Shown here piece by piece: positions 26,389-33,338 of a DNA stretch of 64,000 nucleotides. How positions within the stretch are numbered: position 1 is the stretch's first letter; each line of letters starts with the position of its first letter. The position numbers and the translations under genes were made by a program. This stretch comes from Myxococcales bacterium (GTDB lineage: Bacteria > Myxococcota_A > Polyangia > Polyangiales > DASUME01). Under the pieces are notes generated by a model. That model saw only the letters and a list, made by a program, of their open reading frames with translations, did no database searches and was not told where the DNA came from. Where the stretch lies: contig JASGJH010000001.1 in assembly GCA_047601445.1 (NCBI GenBank), forward strand, positions 192,001 to 256,000. Direction: 5' to 3'.

Positions 26389-27557
26389 GTCGCCGCCAGA
26401 ATGAGTCCGGTGTTGCTGCCGCCGAAGGCGAAGGCGTTGCTGAGCACGACCTTCACCTTGTGGCGGGCCGGAGCGCGCACCACGTGAATTCCCAGCCCAG
26501 GATCCAGCGGCGTGGCGCCGGCGCTGGGGGGCAAGAACCCGTGCTGGATGGCGAGGGTGCAGAACGCAGCCTCAGTGGCCCCGCAGGCCCCCAGCGTGTG
26601 TCCCGTGAGGCCCTTGGTCGAGCTCACGGGCACAGCGCTGCCCAGGGTGCTCAAGATGGCGCGGCTCTCGGCCTGGTCGTTTTGCTCGGTCCCCGTGCCG
26701 TGTGCGTTTACGTAGTCCACTTGCTGGGGGGAGAGGCGCGCCTTCGCGAGCGCCGCCTGGATGGCCTCGGCTGCACCCTTGCCCTCGGGATGCGGAGCGG
26801 ACATGGAGTGCGCGTCCGAGGTCTCGCCCACGCTCGCCACGTAAGCCGGACCTTCGCCATGGCGCTCCACCAGGAGCAGGGCAGCTCCCTCGCCGATGTG
26901 GATGCCGTCGCGCTCGCTCGAGAAAGGGCGGGCTGCCTGCTTGGACAGCACGCCCAGGGAGTGAAAGCCGCGCACGGTGGTCTCGCACAGCGCGTCGGCA
27001 CCCACCACGAGCGCGGCATCGCACAGGTTGGCCTCGAGCAAGCGCGTGGCGCTCGCGATGGCTTTCACGCTGGACGTGCAGGCCGTGGAAACGGCATAGC
27101 TGGGGCCCGTGAGCTGCAGCACCCGCGCGAGCAACACGTTGAGGGCGTCGAAGGCGTGGGCGGTGCGCAGGTTGAAGCCGGCGGCGTAGGTAGAGGTCTT
27201 GCGGAAGTGGCGGTGAGCGAGCTCGGTGGCATCGAGGCCGCCCGTGCTGGTGCCCACCAGGATGGCGACCCGGTCGGCGCCCCAGCGCTGACGAGCGCGC
27301 GCGACGGCGGCGCTCACCTGAGGTAGCGCACGCATCACGATGCGGGCGAGTCGCGAGTCGAACTCACGGTCGGCCGCGGGCAACGCATCGAGCGGACCTT
27401 GCACGGCGCCGCAGACGGTCTCGAATGGGAGCTCGAAGGGCGGCGGCGACGTGCGCGGGCGTCCTTCGAGCAGAGCCGTCCACACCGCGTCGACCGAATC
27501 GCCGAGCGCGTTCGAGAGCCCCATCGCGGTGATGATGTGCCGCCGTTCCGCGAGCAT
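26385..27557 (-). CDS. Beta-ketoacyl-ACP synthase (ApeO-like)
   Basis: STACTSS, NAHGTGT, TGHTLGA and SNAFAFGG; ATG 27557 (alternative GTG 27578). Confidence 0.93.
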   Translation of the reverse strand: MLAERRHIITAMGLSNALGDSVDAVWTALLEGRPRTSPPPFELPFETVCGAVQGPLDALPAADREFDSRLARIVMRALPQVSAAVARARQRWGADRVAILVGTSTGGLDATELAHRHFRKTSTYAAGFNLRTAHAFDALNVLLARVLQLTGPSYAVSTACTSSVKAIASATRLLEANLCDAALVVGADALCETTVRGFHSLGVLSKQAARPFSSERDGIHIGEGAALLLVERHGEGPAYVASVGETSDAHSMSAPHPEGKGAAEAIQAALAKARLSPQQVDYVNAHGTGTEQNDQAESRAILSTLGSAVPVSSTKGLTGHTLGACGATEAAFCTLAIQHGFLPPSAGATPLDPGLGIHVVRAPARHKVKVVLSNAFAFGGSNTGLILAAT

Positions 27558-27673
27558 TGGCGATTCGACGTAGCCCACTGGGGACGGCCGTTCAACCCCA
27601 CATGAGGCCGCGAATGCCCACCTGGGCCGGGCTTTCGGTTCGATGTATAAGCGGCAAGCGAAGGAGCAAAAAC

Positions 27674-28219
27674 ATGGGCTTACGAGCTTTTCTTGCAGTG
27701 CTTGCGCTGTGCGCGTTTGGGGTGGTCGGGTGTAGCCATTCGGCCCCCGTAATCAACCCTGACCCGATCGCCGCCGCGGCCACGCCTGAGACGACGGAGA
27801 TGGCCATCCTCGATGTGCTGCCGAGACGCCGCTGGACCGCCGAAGACGTCCAGCCCGGACGCATCGTCGCCTTCCTGCCCGTGAAGTCGCACCTCGTGCG
27901 AGTCGAGATTGCCTACGACCAGAACCAAGTTCGCATCAACTACCTGAACTCGGACGGCCTGGGTGAGGAAGAGGGCCCGGACGGCCAGCTCTACGCCCAC
28001 CGCAACGTCAACAAGTGGCTGCGCGTGCTGTCCCTCGATATCGCGCGCGCCCTATCGGCCACGGCCGCGGGTGCGCCCGTGGTTGCCGGGCCCGCGCCTG
28101 CCGCGGGTGGTGAACAGCCCGTCGCGGCGCCGCTGCTCGGATCGGCACTCGAGCAACCCGCGCCTGCTCCGGCCGGGGCGCAGCCGAGTGCGCCCGTGCC
28201 CGTGGCTCCGGCGAAGTGA
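27674..28219 (+). CDS. Lipoprotein with Pro/Ala-rich tail
   Basis: AAGGAG RBS at 27661; lipobox VVGC; HRNVNKWLRVL resembles small lipoproteins found next to APE clusters (recollection). Confidence 0.7.
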   Translation: MGLRAFLAVLALCAFGVVGCSHSAPVINPDPIAAAATPETTEMAILDVLPRRRWTAEDVQPGRIVAFLPVKSHLVRVEIAYDQNQVRINYLNSDGLGEEEGPDGQLYAHRNVNKWLRVLSLDIARALSATAAGAPVVAGPAPAAGGEQPVAAPLLGSALEQPAPAPAGAQPSAPVPVAPAK

Positions 28220-28778
28220 GCTGATTTCAGTCCGACTCGGTTCGGGTGCGTCGCGCTTCATCTCCCGGGAATCGACGCTCGAGTCAGTCAGGACGGAAGG
28301 TAAGGCGGCGCGACGACCTCGTGAGTCCGCCCCTGCGCTCCTCGCGCACGCCTCACCCTGTGAATCCCGTGCCGTGCGTTCGCGACGCAACCTCGAAGCG
28401 TTGGTGTCGACAGCTCACCCAACGCGAGGTGGCGTCGCGGCAACGTTCTCCGAACCTGAGCCACTGCGCTGGATTTCCCGATGCGGCATCGAGGCTCCGG
28501 ACGCGCTGACCAGAGTTTCAGCGCACCCGAGCGCGACCCCGACGGGCGACCCAGCGATACACGGCGCGAACTGACGGCTCGGCTCTGCGTCCTGGGGTGT
28601 CCGCGCGCCCTCTGGGCGTGCACTGGGCGTTTTTGCGCTGGACGTACGTTCCATGAAGGGGGAGAAATCGCAATCGAGCCTACGTAGTAGTTGTACGGCG
28701 GGGACTGACCCTGCTTTGCCGTTCTTTGCGTTGGATGCAGGGGTCTGCATTCGACACGTCGCTACGCGGAGCCACGAA

Positions 28779-30290
28779 ATGTCCAAAATGCGTGCAGGGG
28801 TGATGCTTGGGCTCGGGCTAATGGCAGCCACGGGCTGCGGCTCGGACGGCCAGGACGAGCAGCCCCTGGTGCCAACTCAGCTCGAAATTCGCCTTTTGAC
28901 GGACCTGGAACCCGGCACGGAACTCGACCAGGTGCTGGTCGAAAGTCTCACTGAATCCGGCGAGCGGATTCCCGGCCTGCACGCGTTTCGTCTGGAGAAC
29001 TGCGGCTCGACCCTCGGTGGAATGCGTTTTCTGGGATCTTTCGGGGTGGCGAAGAACGAGCGTGACAGCGTTCGGCTCCGCGTCCGTGGCGTGGGACCCG
29101 GAGTGGGTGGCCCGGCAACGGACGTAGTAATTAACGAGTTTGGGGCTCAGTTTCTCCCCGGCGCCCACGAGGTTGACGTGGTGCTCGCGCGCAGCTGCTT
29201 GAAGCACGAAGCATGCGCGGAGGGGCAGAGTTGCTCGCCTGCTAGTGGCCTCTGCGAACCCATTCGGGTGGAGACCAAACCAAGGTCTGTTGCCACAAGC
29301 GAGGACGCGGGGGGTGGATGTCTGAGCGTGATCCAGCTCGACGATCTGTGTACGGACGCCGACGGTCGGTGCCTGACAGGATGCGAGCACGCCGACGACT
29401 CGGACTGCCCAAAGCTATTGGGCGAACCCTGCGCGGGCCCGACGGACTGTGCCTCGGGCCTTTGCCAGCAGGAGCATTGTTGCGATGCGGCCTGCGACGG
29501 CGTGTGTTCTCGCTGTGACGTGTCCGGCAGCGAGGGCACTTGCAAGGCCCTGGACTACAGCGCTGCCGACGACGTGAACAACTGCGGCGCGTGCGGTTCG
29601 GTCTGCAGTTCATCGCACGTGGCCCCGAGTTGTACGGGTGGTCAATGTGATGGCGCTTGCGCCGACGGTTACGCCGACTGCAACAAGGACAAGCGAGAAG
29701 ACGGATGCGAGGTGAGCATCCTCGACGCCAAAAACTGTGGCCAGTGCGGCAACGCTTGCACCTACGACTTTTGTGATACCCAGGCCCGTGATTGCGTGTG
29801 GAGCTTTCGAGGAAATTTCGACAGCGCCGCTAAAGTCTCCCTGGTTCCGAACGTGCTTCGTTCGAGCTCCATCGCCATCGGCCAACAGGGGGTCGTACGG
29901 GCGCTCGGGGTACTCGTTTCCTCCGAGTTTGCCGGGGCCAAGGTGCGCTTGGCCATCTACAAGGAAGACTCGCTGGAAGAGATCCCGTCGGAGCTAGTGG
30001 TGCAGACCCAGCCAATTCTCGTGGAGGATTCGTCCAAAAGCGGCATGGCAGCCGTGGCCGGGGCACTGCGCGTGGAGGGACCCGTGACACCCACGGTCCT
30101 CAGCGATACGGACTTCTATTGGGTGCTGCTCGAGGTCAGCGAACCACTCCAGGTCTTGTCGTCCGAAACGACCGCGGCTTGGGGAGGTACACCTGATTGG
30201 ACGTTTGCGGACTTTCCGATGGTTGCCCCAGCCGTCGAGATGGAGGTCCTTCCGATGCTTTCTGTCTACGCGATCATGACGCCCCAGTAA
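28779..30290 (+). CDS. Cys-rich secreted lipoprotein (myxobacterial DxxNCGxCGxxC-type repeats)
   Basis: Lipobox AATGC; DVNNCGACGSVC, DAKNCGQCGNAC and CCDAACDGVCSRC; start uncertain. Confidence 0.75.
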   Translation: MSKMRAGVMLGLGLMAATGCGSDGQDEQPLVPTQLEIRLLTDLEPGTELDQVLVESLTESGERIPGLHAFRLENCGSTLGGMRFLGSFGVAKNERDSVRLRVRGVGPGVGGPATDVVINEFGAQFLPGAHEVDVVLARSCLKHEACAEGQSCSPASGLCEPIRVETKPRSVATSEDAGGGCLSVIQLDDLCTDADGRCLTGCEHADDSDCPKLLGEPCAGPTDCASGLCQQEHCCDAACDGVCSRCDVSGSEGTCKALDYSAADDVNNCGACGSVCSSSHVAPSCTGGQCDGACADGYADCNKDKREDGCEVSILDAKNCGQCGNACTYDFCDTQARDCVWSFRGNFDSAAKVSLVPNVLRSSSIAIGQQGVVRALGVLVSSEFAGAKVRLAIYKEDSLEEIPSELVVQTQPILVEDSSKSGMAAVAGALRVEGPVTPTVLSDTDFYWVLLEVSEPLQVLSSETTAAWGGTPDWTFADFPMVAPAVEMEVLPMLSVYAIMTPQ

Positions 30291-30316
30291 CCAACAGCTG
30301 CAAACAGGAGAAGACC

Positions 30317-30676
30317 ATGGCCTGCACACTCACCGTGGGTAAACCGACCGCACCCAACATGCGCATCAGGAGCACCGATTCGTTCACCGTGCCCATCACG
30401 AACAGCGGCGACGACCGCGTCGACGTGGTGATCAAGGTTTACCAAACGGACCCCAGCACGACCTCCATACCGGTGGCTCGAGTCGGGGCCAAGCAGGGCT
30501 TTACGTGCTTCAAAGGCACGTTCAACTACCCCGTGGGTTGGGCGGGAGGCACGGAGCTCCGCTCTGTCGGCTTGTTGGCACGCGTGAGTGGCACCGGGTG
30601 CGCATTCAACCCCAATCAAACGCCCGACCAGGATCCCTGCGCCGAGGCCAACGCGACCTTCATCGTGGGGGGCTGA
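30317..30676 (+). CDS. Hypothetical beta-rich protein, 119 aa
   Basis: AGGAG RBS, ATG 30317, GC3-biased codons; no family recognised. Confidence 0.65.
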   Translation: MACTLTVGKPTAPNMRIRSTDSFTVPITNSGDDRVDVVIKVYQTDPSTTSIPVARVGAKQGFTCFKGTFNYPVGWAGGTELRSVGLLARVSGTGCAFNPNQTPDQDPCAEANATFIVGG

Positions 30677-30678
30677 CC

Positions 30679-31317
30679 ATGGAACACCTTCGGCCGAAGC
30701 CCAAGAGGACCTTCTTCGCGTTTGCCGCAGTCAACCCGCTGGCCGATGCCCACGACACCGAGCTACGGATTTCGCACATCCTGCCGGGGACCCCGCGCTA
30801 CGAAACGTTCATGAGCGAGGCCCGGGTGCGCACCTACCTCGAGGAGCGCGGCCTCAAGCTCTCGGTCGGCGACGTTCATATGGTGCACGGTCGCGAGCGC
30901 ATCATCGCTCCCGAGGCGCGCTTCGTCGACCCCGAGGAGGACCTCAAGGAGCCTGAGGTGGCGGAGCACCACGACAAGCTGCGCGCCAAAGCACCGACCA
31001 AGCTCAACTACCGCATGCGCCTCGGGGAGCTCGCCGCGCACGAGGCGGAGGCTTACATGGCGGCCCCGAGCGAGCGTCCGGAGGCCACGGTGATCAAGCA
31101 TGGCGAAGTGATCATGCCGGTGAACCTCGCCGCTGGCGAGCAGCGGCAGTTCATCATGAGCGCGCCCATTCTGCGCGACGAGGGAGAGGCCTACGCCATG
31201 CGTGTGGACCACTACGCGCTCCTGAACGGCACGGAACGCTACATCGGCGGATTCAACGTGCTCTTCGTGCCAAAGGAAAAAGAGCCTCCCACGACTCCCC
31301 TCGCGCAGTGCAAGTGA
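30679..31317 (+). CDS. Hypothetical protein, 212 aa
   Basis: ATG 2 nt after the upstream stop; strong GC3 codon bias; no family recognised. Confidence 0.7.
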   Translation: MEHLRPKPKRTFFAFAAVNPLADAHDTELRISHILPGTPRYETFMSEARVRTYLEERGLKLSVGDVHMVHGRERIIAPEARFVDPEEDLKEPEVAEHHDKLRAKAPTKLNYRMRLGELAAHEAEAYMAAPSERPEATVIKHGEVIMPVNLAAGEQRQFIMSAPILRDEGEAYAMRVDHYALLNGTERYIGGFNVLFVPKEKEPPTTPLAQCK

Positions 31318-31321
31318 GGTG

Positions 31322-32479
31322 TCAGCTCAACGCCTCTGCCAGCTTCTGCTCCATCTCTCCGATGAGCTCCGGACTCACGTCCAGAGCCGGCATGAAGCGC
31401 AGCACGTTGGGCCTCGCCGCGTTCACCAGCAGGCCGAGCTCGAAGGCCCGGTCCCGCACGCGCTCGGCGCGCGCCTCCGGGAGCACCATACCCCAGAGGT
31501 GTCCGTTACCCCGGAGTCGGGCGCTTGCCTGATCGCTCAGTCTCCGCAAGGCGTTCTCGAGGTACTCGGAGCTCGTCTTGCGCAGGGCGCCGTGAAACTC
31601 GGTGTTCAGGGTGTCGAACACGGCGATCGCGCCGGCGCACATGAGGGCGTTGCCGCTGAAGGTTCCGCCGTGGTCTCCATGGTCGAAGCAAGCGACCTCG
31701 CCACGCGCCAACATGGCTGACACGGGCAGCCCTCCGCCCAGGCCCTTGCCGAGCGTCATGATGTCTACGCGGATGCCCTCGCCTGCGTGGGCGAACATGG
31801 GCCCAGTGCGCGCCATGCCGGTCTGCACTTCGTCTGCAATCAGCAGCAGACCCTTGCGATCACAGAGCGCCCTAACTTCGCGTAGGTAGCCTGCCGGTGG
31901 CACCACCGCCCCCGCCTCGCCCTGGATCGGCTCCAACATCACGGCCACCGTGTCGGGTCCAATGCCCGCTTCGAGCGCGCTTACGTCTCCGAAGGGCACC
32001 TTGCTGAAGCCCGGAACCGCGGGGGGAAACGCGCGGTCCCAGCCGGCTTTGCCGGTGGCGCAAGTCATGGCCAGGCTGCGTCCGTGGAAGCTGTCGACGG
32101 TAGTGATCACCTCGAAGGCCCCCTGCTTGTGCTTCTGCCCCCACTTGCGTGCGAGTTTCACCGCGGCCTCGTTGGCCTCCAGGCCCGAGCTGGCGAGGAA
32201 CACGCGCTCGAGCCCGCTGGCGTGCGCGAGCCGCTCCGCGAGCGCCACGGCGTTGGCGTTGAAGTAGGCCGGGCCCACGTTGACGAGCTGGTCCATCTGC
32301 TGGCTCAGGGCGCGCTTGAGCACCTCAGGGGCGTGCCCGAGGCAGTTCACGGCCCAGCCCTGGATGAAGTCGAGGTAGCGCCGTCCCTGGTCGTCCCAGA
32401 GCTCGGAGCCCGCGCCGCGCAGCATGGCGGTGGCGGGCCGCTTTCCGAGTTCCATCAAGTGTTGCGACAGATTGCCCAT
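31322..32479 (-). CDS. argD: Acetylornithine aminotransferase (class III PLP)
   Basis: YLDFIQGWAVNCLGH, SFHGRS, EPIQGEAG, DEVQTG and TLGKGLGGG. Confidence 0.9.
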   Translation of the reverse strand: MGNLSQHLMELGKRPATAMLRGAGSELWDDQGRRYLDFIQGWAVNCLGHAPEVLKRALSQQMDQLVNVGPAYFNANAVALAERLAHASGLERVFLASSGLEANEAAVKLARKWGQKHKQGAFEVITTVDSFHGRSLAMTCATGKAGWDRAFPPAVPGFSKVPFGDVSALEAGIGPDTVAVMLEPIQGEAGAVVPPAGYLREVRALCDRKGLLLIADEVQTGMARTGPMFAHAGEGIRVDIMTLGKGLGGGLPVSAMLARGEVACFDHGDHGGTFSGNALMCAGAIAVFDTLNTEFHGALRKTSSEYLENALRRLSDQASARLRGNGHLWGMVLPEARAERVRDRAFELGLLVNAARPNVLRFMPALDVSPELIGEMEQKLAEALS

Positions 32480-32538
32480 GACGTTCGTCTCTCCTTCGGG
32501 GGAGACCGCCGAACGGAGAGGCCGTGCGCACCAATGCG

Positions 32539-32564
32539 AAAGGCCGCCCCGGGAGGCGGCCTTT
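32539..32564 (-). terminator. Attenuator-type terminator hairpin in the argD 5' leader
   Basis: Minus strand AAAGGCCGCC-TCCCGG-GGCGGCCTTT (10-bp perfect stem) followed by CGCATT; U-tract is short. Confidence 0.7.
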
Positions 32565-32597
32565 GCTTAGCGTGGTCTGTGATGAACCGGGGCCGCC

Positions 32598-32684
32598 TCA
32601 GGTAGCACGACGAGCGCGTGCAGCTGCACTACGAGCAGCGCGGGCACGGCGGGCGAGCTTGGAGGCGGTGGAACGAGTCAACAC
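32598..32684 (-). CDS. Putative Arg-rich leader peptide MLTRSTASKLARRARAARSAAARARRAT (28 aa)
   Basis: GTG 32684 to TGA 32598; 8 Arg codons (5 CGT); lies between a promoter and a terminator upstream of argD. Confidence 0.65.
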   Translation of the reverse strand: MLTRSTASKLARRARAARSAAARARRAT

Positions 32685-32691
32685 GGGTCTG

Positions 32692-32720
32692 ACCCTAACA
32701 GCTCGGGCTATCAGGGGCAA
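32692..32720 (-). promoter_or_regulatory. Sigma70-type promoter for leader-argD
   Basis: TTGCCC-17 nt-TAGGGT with extended TGn; 7 nt upstream of the leader GTG (leaderless start). Confidence 0.55.
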
Positions 32721-32739
32721 TCACGCGTGTTTGGAAAAC

Positions 32740-33126
32740 TCAGCCGAAGTCTCGCTCCACGCGTTCCTGATCCTCTTTGCAGCGGATGCAGAGCGTGGTC
32801 TCGGGGCGGGCCTCGAGACGCTTGATGGAGATGGGCTCCTCGCAGGACTCGCAGTTACCGAATGTGTTGTCTTCGATGCGCTTGAGAGCTTGCTCGATCT
32901 TGTCGAGGAAGAACCGCTCACGACCGCGCAGGCGGAAGGTGAAGGACTGCAGATACTCGCTCGACGCCATATCCATCTCGTCCGGCAGATCGTTGGTATC
33001 CAACGTCATGTCTTCCTGGAGGCTGTCCTTGGCGGCCTTGATCAAGGCATCGCGCTTCTCTTCGAGAATCGTCTTGAAACGCTTGAGATCCGTCTTCTTG
33101 AGCGCTTCGGACTTCTTGGTGGTCAT
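32740..33126 (-). CDS. dksA: DksA/TraR C4-type zinc finger protein
   Basis: DEMDMAS coiled-coil tip; CESC...RLEARPETTLCIRCK; ATG 33126. Confidence 0.9.
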   Translation of the reverse strand: MTTKKSEALKKTDLKRFKTILEEKRDALIKAAKDSLQEDMTLDTNDLPDEMDMASSEYLQSFTFRLRGRERFFLDKIEQALKRIEDNTFGNCESCEEPISIKRLEARPETTLCIRCKEDQERVERDFG

Positions 33127-33164
33127 ATGTGGCCCCCTGGTCCCTTCGTTAAAAGGAGCCGCAG

Positions 33165-33192
33165 AGGATAAGGCGCGTTCGCCCCACGTCAA
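33165..33192 (-). promoter_or_regulatory. Sigma70-type promoter of dksA
   Basis: TTGACG-16 nt-TATCCT on the minus strand, followed by a GC-rich discriminator. Confidence 0.5.
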
Positions 33193-33338
33193 GCCCCTAC
33201 CGGCCCCCTTCACCGCCTGGGAGCATACCAAGGATTTCCCGTCCAGGATGTTGGTTCAGACGCAGGCGTTCCGAAAAGCCCCGGAATTCACCCCGTTGCT
33301 ACGATTATGTCTCGAAGATCACGATCTTTTTGCCGCCC

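Noticed and set aside
28287..28310. SRP (4.5S) RNA domain IV look-alike gtcaggacggaaggtaaggcggcg
   Set aside because: Lacks the CC-GGAA-GG stem and the AGCAGC element; no long enclosing helix seen. An Rfam scan would settle it
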